Shown here one piece after another: positions 27,280 to 40,360 of a DNA stretch of 64,000 bases. The stretch comes from the human T2T-CHM13v2.0 reference genome, Homo sapiens. The stretch is from assembly GCF_009914755.1 (NCBI RefSeq), contig NC_060935.1; one strand, given 5' to 3'. A program made the translations under genes and the position numbers. Position 1 is the stretch's first letter. Each line of letters opens with the position of its first letter. Under the pieces are notes generated by a model. It made no database searches. It saw nothing but the letters and a program-made list of their open reading frames with translations, and had not been told where the DNA came from.

Positions 27280-28376
27280 GAGAGTGCTGCCCTTAGGACA
27301 CTGTAGAACAACCCTCCACTGACAGCAATCAGAACACTACACAACAGAAACAATAACGAATCCCCCCCATCACACACACACAGCGACCGACCTGAGGGTT
27401 CTGAAGAGTAAATAAGAGCAGTCAGATGGGCTCAGGTGTTAGTTTGCATTTCATGGGGGCTTTGTCCTGAGGACCTGCTGCAGACACACAACCATGTGGC
27501 ACAGGCGACTAAAACCCCAGTACAGCTGACATCTTTCAGGCTGAAGGATTCAGGGGAAGAAGTGCAGGCAACTGTAGGGGAACTGGGGAGTGAGAGGAGA
27601 GCCCTGGAGGGAGAAGAGCCAGAGGAAGGGAGTCCCCAGTTCTGGGTGTGCATCTGCAAAAGCCCCAGGCTGACCCCGAAGCACGCATGTGTAGGACAGG
27701 CACAAAGGAGTGGAGCAAAAGCTTAAATGAGTGATCTGAGACTTTAACCACTGAAGGCAAGATGGAGATTCCAGTTTGAGTCTAATCATAGTAGCTGTCA
27801 GCTCAAACAAATCATAAACATCCTCCAGAGGAATATAACACAACCCACAATCTACACAACATAATACTCACAATATCAAGCAAACAATCCAAAATTCCTG
27901 GGAAAATATGACCCCATTCTCAAGAGAAAAGACAAGAGATAGCAGGCTTGAGATGATGCAGATGCTGGACCTAGGAGGCAATGAGTTTAATGCCACTATT
28001 GTAACTATTTCAACAAGGAAAGGTAAATGTGGTGAACATTTTCATAAAAAGGAACCAAATGAAAATGTTAAAGTTGAAAAACACAACATCTGAAACAATC
28101 CAATGGACAGCCTTAGTAGGATAAAAGTGACGAAGACAAGACTCAGGGAACTTGACAAATCAATGACATTTGTCTAATCTGAAGAAGAAAGAAAAAAAGA
28201 CTGAAAAAAAAATAGACAATGTCAGGGTTCCAAAGGACAGTATTACAAAAAATCTAAGGATTGGATAATCACAGTCACAGAGAACGAGGCAGAAAAAAGT
28301 ATTTTAAGAAATAATAAACAAACTTCTCAAATTTGATGAAAGAAACGAATGCACAGATTCAAGAAACTCAGCAAGT
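27280..28376 (+). mobile_element. Old L1M 5' region and start of ORF1 (first element)
   Basis: A-rich ORF1-like sequence 'aaacttctcaaatttgatgaaag...cagattcaagaaactcagcaa'. Confidence 0.6.
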
Positions 28377-30462
28377 ACTTCTAGTTCCAGGAAAGATGGA
28401 GTACACACACCACACTCTGTTTCCCTAGTTAACGCAGCTAGCAAACCTGGGCAGATGCTGTTATTTATGGACTCTGAAAAATAAAGAGTAGCAGGCAATT
28501 GGAGAAGAAAGGCAGATTTCCAAGTACCACTAAAGAAGCTGTGAGTTTCCCATTTTTTCCCTTGGGCTGTCACCTGGCTGGGACTCAAAGGTAGCCTGAA
28601 AGCCACATGTGTATAACAAGTGTGGATAAAAAGAGCTTCAAGAAAAGGGAGCCCCAAGGTTCAGAGTGCATGGGAGATCTTCCCTTTCATTCTTTATTGC
28701 CTTTTCTCCCACCCACAGCCTCAAGCAATCCTGTGGTGGCGGAGGTTGGGCAGGCACCTAAAACTCTGGAGGAGGGGATCCTTCTTTCTGGCCAGAGGAG
28801 CTGTGGTCCACACATGTGGAGGAATCCCCATTGCTTTTGGCCTCTCTCTCTCTTTTTCTGCCATTTGACCGTGGATGAAGGTCCATTTGCAGTAAGTTTA
28901 TGGCAAAGCAGGGAAATTAATTAAGGTCCCAGTTTTTCATCCAGAAGCCTGATAAAGGGGTCTCCATGGACACGGAAAATGTCAGGGAGACTGTAGTGAG
29001 GAGGGAGCAGAACAGGGATCGTGTGAAGTGGTGTGTGAACTTCTAGGCTCAGCTCCAAGTTGTGCACAGGTGGATCTGACCTCGAACAGCATATCAATGA
29101 TATTCAGAAAAGAACTAAGAGATAAAAACCACCACCATCTCCAAGCTTGGCGAGTGTCTGTGCATACGTGGGACAGATCTCAATCGCAAGCCAAGGGGTT
29201 AGAAGCTCATTTGACGTTGGAAACCATGCATAAAAGTTCTATAAAAGGAATTTAGGGCTTGATCTCAACCAAGTGCTCATGTCAACCTATTCCATCGGGT
29301 TTAAACAAGACCCAGAGTATCTTAACAAAATATTCCAAATGTCCATGATACAGGTTTCATTTACTTGGCATACCAAGAACTAGAAATATGCCAACTCTCA
29401 ACGGAAACAATACAAATGAAAAAAAAATTACTAGATGTGTCAAAAGCAGAATATAGAAGACAGAGGAAACAAATAGTGACCTTGAAGACAGATCCATAGA
29501 AATTATCCAATCTGAACAAGAGAGAAAAGCACATAAACTTACAGATTCAAGAAGCTCAATGCATCCTAAACAGGATTAGCTCAAAAAATCCATTCCCAGA
29601 CACGTCCAAATCAAATTGCTGAAGACTAAAAACGAAAAAATATATACTGAAAGCAGCTAGAGAAAAATGACATATTTCATACAGAAGAAAAACCACAGGA
29701 ATTACTGCAGATTCCTCATCAGAACTATGGAGGTCAGAAGGAAGTGGAACAGTATTTTTAAAATACTGCAAATGCAGGATTCTATACCCAGTGAAAATAT
29801 CCTTCAGGAATAAAGGTTAAATCAAGACATTTTTAGATGAAGCAAAACCAAGAACATTTGTGGCCAGCAGGTCAACTTTAAGAGGAATGCCAAAGATAAT
29901 GCTTGGAATGGAATGGATATGATACCAGAGAGCCTTTGAAAGTCAGGAATAAAGAAGTACAGACAAAATGGTCAATATCTTTTAATAGACTATACTTCAC
30001 TTCTTACATTCTTGAAAATACGATGGTTGAAGTAAAAATTATTATATTTTATGATAGTAGTTTCAATATATGTGGGTTTAATACACGTGATAGCTACACC
30101 AAAAAAGGGAGAGAATAAAGCGATCTATATGGTGGTAAGGTTTCCATGTTCTACTTGCAGTGGTAAAGCATTAAGTAAACTGGGAAAAGCTACATATGTG
30201 TATTGAAATCACAGACTAATTGCTTTAATAAAAAAAAAAGCTATATAATTGTTTTAAAGCCTCCAAAATTAAATTAAAATGGAAAAGTAACAAGTCAAAT
30301 AATAATCCAAAAATTATCGGGAAAGAAAAATAGAGAATAACGTGCAAAGGAAACAAATAGAAAATAAGAAATAAAATGGTAGATATAAATACTAACACAT
30401 TAATAATAACATTAAATTTAAATGCTCTAAACACATCAAATAAAATAGATTACCAGATGGAG

Positions 30463-30588
30463 TTTTATTTTTTTATTTAAAAAGTTGACTTCTTTATTAT
30501 TTTTTTGTAGAGATGTGATCTCACTTTCTTATCCAGGCTGGTTTTGAACTCCTGGCCTCAAGCAATCCCTCCCCCCTTGGCCTCCCAA
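30463..30588 (-). mobile_element. FLAM/AluJ monomer fragment
   Basis: 'tttgtagagatg...ccaggctggttttgaactcctggcctcaagcaatcc...ggcctcccaa'; flanks cagatgga. Confidence 0.8.
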
Positions 30589-30813
30589 TCAGATGGACTT
30601 TCAGAAAACTAACCAATGACATGCAGTCTATAAGGACTCAAATTTACATATAACAACATAGGGAGGTTAAAAACAAAGGGATAGAAAAAGACATACACAC
30701 ACTAATAAGAAGAAAGCCAGAGTGGCTATATTAATATCAAAGTAGTCTCAAGTGCAAGGAAAATTGCCAGGGATAAATAGGAACATTGAATAATGATTAA
30801 AAAAAATCAATTC

Positions 30814-31153
<340 letters not shown>

Positions 31154-31208
31154 CTAATGCCAGCATAAACCTACAACCTAACATTGGAACTTCAAAATAC
31201 ATGAAGCA

Positions 31209-31627
<419 letters not shown>

Positions 31628-32187
31628 CTACGTTCTCAGCAATCAACAACAGAGGACAAGTCAGCAAGGCTATAAACACTTAAAAATACCATCAAAAGGA
31701 CCGAACTGACATTTAAAGAACACCGCACTCAACAATAACGAGCATAATATACATTCTTTTCAATGTCCACAGAATATTCGCCAAGATAGACCACAGCCTG
31801 AGTCAAAAAAATAGAAAAAGAACAAAATCAACTCAAAGCATGGAGAAGGAAGCAAATAACAAAATAAGGACAGCAATCAATAAGCTAAAAGCACAGGGAG
31901 AAAGGAGAAAACTTAATGAAGTTCAAAGGTAGTTCTTTCAAAAGATCAATAAAATTGATAAAAATTTTAGTAAGACTGACAAAGAAATAAAGACAGAAGA
32001 CACAAATTACTAAAAGAGATGATATCACTACAGGGCTGACTTTAAACAGATAATGAGGGAATACTGTGACCAAGTCTAAGATAAATTTGACAATTTAGGT
32101 AAAATAAACTAATTCTCTAAAAGTTGCAAACTTCCAGAACTCACCTAGGAAGGAGATAAATTGTCTTACATCTATTAAAGATATTAA

Positions 32188-32486
32188 GTGTGTGTGTGTG
32201 TGTTTGAGACAGAGTCTCACTCAGTCACCCAGGCTGGAGTGCAGTGGTGCAATCTCAGCTCACTCCAAACTCTGCCTCCTGGGTTCAAGTGAGTCTCCTG
32301 CCTCAGCCTCCTCAGCAGCTAAGATTACAGGCGTGCACCACCATGCCTGACTAATTTTTGTATTATTAGTAGAGATGGGGTTTCACCACGTTGGCTAGGC
32401 TTGTCTTGAACTCCTGACCTCAAGTGATCCACCCACCTCGGCCTCCCGAAGTGCTGGGATTACAGGCGTGAGCCACTACGCCTGAC
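32188..32486 (-). mobile_element. Alu (AluS-type) with tail converted to (CA)n
   Basis: (gt)n followed by ttgagacagagtctc...cgcctgac. Confidence 0.95.
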
Positions 32487-33449
32487 AATTGTGTAGTTTA
32501 AAAAGCATCTGAAAAAGACTTCTTGACTCCAGTGATTTCGCTGGTGAATTTTGCCAATCATTTCAAGAAGCAGCAACACCAACTCTACACAATTCCTCCC
32601 AGAAAAGAGAAGTGGAGGGAACGCTTCCCAAATTAATTTATAAGGGCAGCATTATTCTGATACACAAACCAGACAAAGACAGCATAAGACATCAATACAC
32701 CAACATCCCTCAGGAACATAGACACAGATCCTTAAAATATTAGGAAGTCAAATCCAGACATATATTAGTAGAAAGGGAATCATGAGCAAGTGTGCTTTAT
32801 CCTGGGAGTGCAAGGCTGGTTCAATATTTGAAAAATTTATTGATGTAAGCCACCATATAAACAAACTAATGAAGAAAAACAGATAATCATAGCAACTGGT
32901 GCAGAAAAAGCCTTTGAGGAAATTCTACATAGGTGACAGCCTCCCCCCGGTGAGCTCGAGCAGAGCCCAGCCTGGAACTTGTGGCCCATGCCTTCCACAT
33001 TTGGGTTCTGAGTAGCCTGGCAAAGGCAGCGGTAGGAGGAGGTGGAAATAAAGAGCTTTCTGGCCCCCATGGTCTCTGACATTACTTGAATACCATGGAC
33101 CCATAAGAGTTAGTGGCGGGGCCTCAGTGGCAGGAGAGGGAGGACAAGGATGAAAAGTCCAGGTGTCTGGGCAATGCTGAACACCTTCCAGACAGCACGT
33201 TTCCAAGAAATGCTGACAAAACCGAAGAGCTGGGAAGTGCTGCTTCAAATATCTAGATTTAACACGGCCCCAGATGCAGAGAGACATCGATTACAGGGAG
33301 GCACCTGGGTCCCTAAGAAGATACTAATACAGCAATAATAACGGCTATGATTACAAAATAATAAGTAACGATACTAGTAAAAGCAAGATCCCAGAAGTAC
33401 TTCGAAATGTCCCGCACAATTCCTATGTATGAAAACCCTGTTCATAATC

Positions 33450-33847
<398 letters not shown>

Positions 33848-34066
33848 TGAGCGTCCAACCTCTTGGCCTCTCTGGTGCCCTGTGGGCACCCGGGCAGAGC
33901 CAGTGGCTTTCCAGGCACGTCCCCAGCCCCGGCCCCGGCCTGCAGTGGTGGCAGTGGGACCACAGTGGAGATTCTGGGGACAAGGCCCAGCAGGTTCTCC
34001 TGGCAACCGGCCTTTCTCGTGCGGAAGGGACTCACTCCTGGAGGCCGCCCTCGGCTCCGCACCCCG

Positions 34067-34086
34067 CGGCTGCCATCTAGTGGCCA
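34067..34086 (-). promoter_or_regulatory. Strong CTCF motif TGGCCACTAGATGGCAGCCG in a CpG-rich patch
   Basis: Minus strand reads CCACTAGATGGCAG, a classic CTCF core; CpG-dense context at ~33.85-34.5 kb. Confidence 0.7.
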
Positions 34087-35274
34087 CAAGCAGGGACGCC
34101 AGGCAGTGAGTCCGCTCCTACCAGGCGAGCGACAGGCCACAAGAGGGAAGACACCGCGCCAGCAGATTCCTGGAACGCCGCGGCTTCCGGAGGGGCCTCC
34201 CAGTGCTGGGGCCATCGTAGGGCCACTTTTGCATCACCCTCCGATTGTTGGAAATACAAGTTTATTTCCATCTTACAGGATGGCTTTCCGTTGCCCAGCT
34301 CTTGAATACCCAGCCCTCCCAGCTGTGCCTGTGCAGAAAGCCAAGCCTATGACTTAGCCGCTTCACCGAGCCCCGGACCCCACTGACGTCCTGGGGCCAA
34401 AGGCCTCTGTGATCTTGCGGAGATGGCTCTGCTGCTCTGAGCTCGTTTCCTCACTGGCCGCAGCGGGTTCAGGGTGACAGCTGCAGCCCCCGTGCGAGCA
34501 GGTGCAGGAGACATCCCCAGCTCCCCCAGAGGCAGGTTCCCAGAGCGAGGCAGAGAACCTTCCAGACTCCAGGCTGGAGGTCTCTCTTCCACCCTCCAGC
34601 CAGGGAAAGCTCCCTTCCTGAATGTCCAGGCTCTGATGGGAAAGATCCTTTACCTGAAAACGCTCAAATGCTGGCCTGGGTTCTCTGAGCCTTAGAGGCA
34701 CATTTTCTGAAACAGGGATAATAAGGGTTCCAGGAGCACTCACTGATCCTGGGGGCTGGCCACGGTGCTGGGCCTAGGGATAGACAGGAGGTGAACCGGA
34801 GAAGAGCCCAGGTTAGCAGGTGAAGCCCCCACGCTGCCTGGCACAGAGCACACCCTCTCCCAGAACAGGCATTTGAATCCACCGCCGCCTGCACGCTCCT
34901 TCCCTCCAGCTGTGTGGGCAGGGGCTGTGGCTACCTCTCTAACTAGTCTCACAACCCCTGCTGCCCTCTCTGGGGTCCAGGCAGGTTCCATGGCATCATA
35001 CTGGACCCTGCTTTCTGCCACTAGCAGGGGAAGACGGGGAGGCTTGGAGCTGCTGAGGGCAGGGCCTCGGCTGCACACTCTGGGGCACCAGGCAGCCCCA
35101 CACCCCTATCATCTCAGTGGCCACGCAGCGTTGAACATATTCTGACATACGGAATTTTGCTTTGTAAGCTGCTTTGTCTTTCTGGGAACGTGTCCTCTAA
35201 GCTCACCTTTACACAGATCTGCAGCTTGTCTTATGTAGATCAGCACAGAATGTTACAAAAGAGAACGGATACAT

Positions 35275-35720
35275 AGAGCAGACCCTGGGCTCAGACCCAG
35301 GCTCCAAACCTCCTGGGCCAACCACTCCACTTCCCCAGGTCCTTGCGCCCCCGTCTGCAAAATGGAGCACTAGCAGTTTCCATGATATTGGACGTTTGGC
35401 AAGGATTATGGAGGGGAGCCGTGTGAAGGTCAAAGGCTGGCAGGTAACAAATGCTTAATAAATGTGACTATTCTTATTTTTATTCCTCCATGCATCCCTT
35501 TAGTAGACAAGTATCTACTGAGCCCCTGCCCTGAGCAGGAGAGACAGGAAGCAGGAAGGTTAATAGCAGTGTTAGGAGCTGGACTCCTGGGTTTGAATCC
35601 CACCCAGCTTTGCCATTTATGAGCTGGCTGACCTTGAGCAAGGGGCTTACACTCTCTAGCCTCGGTTTCCTTATCTGTAAAAAGGGATAACAACCATATC
35701 AACCCATGCAGATAAGAGTG
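35275..35720 (+). mobile_element. Two MIR fragments
   Basis: 'ctgggtttgaatccc...gaccttgagcaag...gcctcggtttccttatctgtaaaa' and 'gtctgcaaaatggag...gcttaataaatg'. Confidence 0.7.
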
Positions 35721-35734
35721 AGCATAGCAGGCCT

Positions 35735-36193
35735 GTGGCTGCTGCCCTGAGAAAGTCCTGCCCGCAGGGCTGGCCCCTAGCTGGCATCTGGGAGCTGAAA
35801 TGTCCCCTACATGGAGAGGCCGGGACACCCAGCCCTGCGGCAGCAGCTCCCATGGCGTGTTGAGCCAACACTGTGGTGTATGCAAGCAAAACCCCAGCTT
35901 TCCTTCCAGAAGTCGGGAATTGTGGCACGTGCCAGGCTGAGGGTGCCTACGTGACAGGATTCCCAAGGGAGAAATATTTCACACATGTGGCTGCATTTTT
36001 TCCTAGTGGGTGGGGAATGTGCTGTGTCCCCTCAAGGAGAGAGGGAGGGGGCTTCAGTCTGCTCATGGATGCCTGCAGACTCCGCCTAAGCTGTGGCACT
36101 GTTATAAACCTTAGACAACAGGATGACTCTATATCGAGTCCTGCGAGTCCTTCCAGAGGACCCCAGAATGTGTGGGTGGGGTCCCCCGACACA
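35735..36193 (+). mobile_element. ERV LTR (MER21/MER77-like)
   Basis: 'gctggcatctgggag...agggtgcctacgtgac...atttcacacatg...gagtcctgcgagtccttc...cccccgacaca'. Confidence 0.65.
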
Positions 36194-36341
36194 CCATCCC
36201 ATAGGCCTGCATGAATGTCCCAGGGTTGCTACAACAAATGACCCCAGACCAGGAGGCCTGGACAACAGATGTTCATTCTCTCAGTTCTGGAGGCTGGAAG
36301 TCTGAGATCACGGTGTCTGTAGGATGGGCTCCTTCTGGAGG

Positions 36342-37056
36342 TGAGAGACAGAACTAGATGGATTTCCTAGGCAGACTAAGAATCCCTAAGCCCAGCTGGG
36401 AAGGTGACCGCATCCACCTTTAAACACGGGGCTTGCAACTTAGCTGACACCCAACCAATCAGATAGTAAAGAGAGCTCACTAAAATGCTAATTAGGCAAA
36501 AACAGGAGGTAAAGAAATAGCCAATCATCTATTGCCTGAAAGCACGGGGGAGGGACAATGATCGGGATGTAAACCCAGGCATTCCAGCCGGCAATGGCTA
36601 CCCGCTTTGGGTCCCCTCCCGTTGTATGGGAGCTCTGTTTTCACTCTATTAAATCTTGCAACTGCACGCTCTTCTGGTCCGTGTTTGTTACGGCTCGAGG
36701 TGAGCTTTCGCTCGCCATCCACCACTGCTGTTCACCGCCATCCCAGACCCGCCGTTGACTTCCACCCCTCCGGATCTGGCAGAGTGTCCCCTGCACTTCC
36801 GATCCAGCGAGGCGGCGCCCATCGCTGCTCCCAATTGGGCTAGAGGCTCGCCATTGTTCCTGCGCCAGCTAAGTGCCTGGGGTTGGTCCTAATCGAGCTG
36901 AATAGAGCTGTAACACTGACTGCATGGCCCAGGATTCCATTCCTTGGAATCTGTGAGGCCAAGAACCCCAGGTCAAGGAACAAGAAGCTTGCCACCATCT
37001 TGCAAGTGGCCCGCCATCATCTTGGGAGCTCTAAGAACAAGGATCCCCAGTTAACA
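36342..37056 (+). mobile_element. Solo LTR17 (HERV-W LTR)
   Basis: 'tgagagacagaactagatggatttcctagg...ctaagaatccctaagc...gctcactaaaatgctaattaggcaaaaacaggaggtaaagaaatagccaatc'; TG...CA ends; 4-bp TSD gagg; ATTAAA at 36648-36653. Confidence 0.93.
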
Positions 37057-37254
37057 GAGGCTCTGAGGAAGAATCTGCCCCAAGCCTCTCTCCCAGCCTC
37101 TGGGGCTGCTGGCACCCCTCAGCAGTCCCTGGCTTGTGGCCGTATCCCTCCAACTTCTGCCTCCATCTTCACATGTGAGAACTAAAAATAAAATCCTAAG
37201 CCCCCGACTGACTGGAACAAGGGGACACCACAGAAGCCTTAAAAACTGAGTTCT

Positions 37255-37579
37255 GGCCGGGCGCGGTGGCTCACGCCTGTAATCCCAGCACTTTGGGAGG
37301 CTGAGGCAGGCGGATCACGAGGTCAAGAGATCAAGACCTTCCTGGCCAACATGGTGAAACTCTGTCTCCACTAAAAATACAAAAATTAGCCAGGCGTGGT
37401 GGTGTGTGCCTGTGGTCCCAGCTACTCAGGAGGCCAAGACAGAGAACTGCTTGAACCTGGGAGGCAGAGGTTGCAGTGAGCAGTGAGCCGAGATCACGCC
37501 ACTGCACTCCAGCCTGGGCAACAGAACAAGACTCCATCACAAAACCAAACCAAACCAAACCAAACCAAAACAAAACAAA
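37255..37579 (+). mobile_element. Alu (AluSc-like) with (AAACC)n tail
   Basis: 'gatcacgaggtcaagagatc'; internal 7-bp duplication gcagtgagcagtgag. Confidence 0.95.
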
Positions 37580-37592
37580 AAAACTGAGTTCT

Positions 37593-37883
37593 GGCCGGGC
37601 ACAGTGGCTCACACCTGTAATCCCAGCATTTTGGGAGGCTGAGGCAGGCAAATCACTTGAGGTCAGGAGTTGAAGAGCAGCCTGGCCAAACCCCGTCACT
37701 AGTAAAAATACAAAAATTACCCGGGCGTGGTGGCAGGTGCCTGTAATTTCAGCTACTTGGGAGGCTGAGGCAGAGTTGCTAGAACCCGGGAGGCGGAGGT
37801 TGCAGTGAGCCCAGATCGCACCACTGCACTCCAGCCTGGGCTACAGAGCAAGACTCCATCTCAAAAACAAAAAACAAAAAAGC
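37593..37883 (+). mobile_element. Alu (AluS-type)
   Basis: ggccgggcacagtggctc...; short left-arm deletion (ggccaaaccccg). Confidence 0.95.
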
Positions 37884-39491
37884 AAAACTGAGTTCCAACC
37901 ATGATGGGACAGGAGGTTGGGCACGTCTTGTTATGCTGCTCCCTGTTGAGGTTTAGCCACAACTGGCCGGCGTTAACACTAAAGGAGAGATTGTGAGACT
38001 GATGGAATGGGCTCCTGGTGGCAATAAGAGACTGGATTGTAAGCAAGACCTAAGACTGTGCGAGGCAAGGGTGAAGTCATGCACCCCACACTTAAATAAA
38101 CGAGTTCTGGCTGTCATAGTGCTTTTCTCTTCCTCTAGCAGCCAGCAAGCCCCGGCCTTGGGATGGACAACATTAAAACCATTGCAGCTCCACCAGATGC
38201 TGATAACAGACCCCATGCCAGCAGCCATAACTATAACTGTGATTGGATAAGAGGCTGATTTCAGTAGCTTTCTCTTGATAAGAAACCACTGGCCAAAGAC
38301 TGAGGCATGGGACGGATTCTACCTCGGAGCTTCCAGAAGGAACCCACCCTGCAGACACCTTGATTTCAGACTTCCAGCCTCCAGAACTATGAGAGACCGG
38401 CTCTGCCGGTTTACAGAGGCTGCTCACTGAGCGGCTTTACGTTCCTGCTTCACCTTTTGACATACAGAGCCTGACTGTAATGCCTTTAAATGTGAAGCCT
38501 CCACCCCAGGTGAACATGGGACGCATGTAACACGCATGTGTGCTCAGTGCACATGTCAGGACCTGCTTTGTGAATATTCACAGCTCCTCCTGTAACCTGC
38601 TGAGTATGCTTAACCTGCCATAACCTTAGCCAATGCATTCAGCATAAAGCCCCGTTCCACCCTCACCTCCTCGAAGCGCCTGCCTCTGGTTTTGGCTAGA
38701 GGCCCAATTCCCAGCTCGCAGGTTGTAACCCTTTATAATAGTCTCCCTTCTAAATTTATAAATCGTGCAATTCTTAGGCTGACATGTGACTTTCTGCTCC
38801 CCACGTTTGTTCCTCCTCTCTTCTAAGGTCACCTGCCATTGGATTTGGAGGCCATCGTAATCTAAGATCTCATCTCAAGATCCTTAACTACATTTGCAAA
38901 GATGCTTTTATTTTCCAAATAAGGTCTGACTCATAGCACCTGGAAGTTAGGACGCATACTGGTCATGGGTGGGGCCAGCATTCAGCCTGACAGGACCCTT
39001 GAGGGGACTCGATGAATCCCTACCCTACAGTGCTGTGGGAGGGTGCAGCACAGGGAGCGGCTCGGGAAGGCCCCATGGTGGCTGCTCCCCTGAGCATTGC
39101 ACACCTGTCCCTGCCTAGGCAGTGGCCTGGAGGCTTCCAGCTGAAGGCAGTTGCTGAGGCTGCAGGTACCCCAGGAGCAAATGAAGGGATTAACCTGGAG
39201 GGTGGTAGTCAGTGTAGGAAGGCTCCCGGGAGGAGTGACCTGTGGGGCAGAGGCTGGAGGATGAGAAGAGCCAGCAGGAGGCGGGTCCAGAGCCATGTTT
39301 GCAGGGCTTCAATGCAGGGAGGTGATGGTTCCCTGGAGGATGTGCTCAGGGAGCTGCAATGCCCAGGGGCAGTGGTGGAGGTGCCGGCTTTCCAGGCTGC
39401 AGGTCGGGTGGGAGAGGCCCCACTGGGAGGAGAGCGTGGGACCCTCCTCTATCAGTGTGCTGGGTCTCTGGATAAATGAGACAAAGTCGTC

Positions 39492-39833
39492 TGCTGTGGA
39501 CTGAATGGTGTCTCCTCCCCACAAATTCAAATGTTGAAACCCAAACCTCTAACAGGATGGTATCTGGTGATGGGGCCTTTGGGAGGTGACTGGGGTGAGA
39601 TAAGGTCATGATGGTGGGGCCCCTATGATGGGATTTGTGCCCTTACTAGGAGAGATAAGAGAGTCCCAGTCTTTTTCTCCCTTGGCCACACGGGGGCATA
39701 GCGAGGAGGTGTCCATGAGCCAGGCAGGCTCCCTGATCTGGGACTTTCACTCTCCAGCACTGTGAGAAAATCGATTTCTGGTGTGTGAGCCCCAGTCTCG
39801 ATTGTGTTTGTTTCAGCAGCCTGAGCTGAGACA
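39492..39833 (+). mobile_element. MaLR LTR (MLT1A-like)
   Basis: 'tgtggactgaatg...ggggcctttgggaggtga...gcagcctgagctgagaca'. Confidence 0.85.
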
Positions 39834-40019
39834 TCAGCCTTCCCCAGACCCACAGAATGAGGCACCATGTCTGCGTGGGATGATGATGATGGTGAAGGGT
39901 GTCCAGTGAGTGACGCACCTCTATGGGTCCTCTGGCTCATCCCGGGTGCACCAGTGTTCCCCTCACATTCTGGAGAAGACTCTGAAACACTCCAAGGTGC
40001 AGGGCTTCCCCGGCTTTGC

Positions 40020-40360
40020 CATGTGTTCCAGTCCCTGGGGGTCTTGCCAGCAGGCAGGCTCTCATTCAGTAGGTTCTGGGGGCCTGGGAGCCTGCATTCC
40101 TAACAAGCACCCAGGTGACCATGCCCATGCTGTGCTCCATGGGCCACGTTGAGTGGCAAGATCTTCACGAGTGGCCCTTGACCTCAGCCATCCTTGTGCA
40201 GATACCCCCAAACCTGAGCTGCCCCGGAGGGCTTTTTAAAGCATAGAACTTCAGATTCCAGGGTGGAGTCTGGGATTCTGCATTCCTAGCAAGTTCCTGG
40301 CTGCTGCTGCTGCTGCTGCTGGTCTGGGGCATCCAGCTGGAGCAACACTGCCCAGGTGGT
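40020..40360. mobile_element. MER5A/B-like hAT MITE fragments, with (CTG)7 at 40301-40321
   Basis: 'cattcagtagg...ctgcattcctaacaagc...ccaggtga' and 'gattctgcattcctagcaagttcc'. Confidence 0.6.

Larger units (their letters stand above)
37176..38784 (+). mobile_element. MER4-group (ERV1) solo LTR, interrupted by two Alus and a ~95-bp insert
   Basis: Start 'tgagaactaaaataaaatcctaagcccc'; end 'gttgtaaccctttataa...ggctgaca'; catg at both junctions. Confidence 0.75.
36205..38991 (-). mobile_element. MLT1C-like LTR split into three pieces (36205-36341, 37057-37175, 38785-38991)
   Basis: Collinear reverse MLT1C segments: 'cagttctggaggctggaagtctgagatca', 'ctctgaggaagaatct...tccatcttcacatg', 'ctcatctcaagatccttaact...ttccaaataaggtc'. 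Confidence 0.85.

Noticed and set aside
36342-37056. HERV-W provirus or processed pseudogene
   Set aside because: No primer-binding site or gag/pol/env follows, and the 4-bp TSD directly flanks the LTR, so it is a solo LTR.
40301-40321. (CTG)7 as a disease-type triplet repeat
   Set aside because: Short, inside a MER5-like element, with no gene context.
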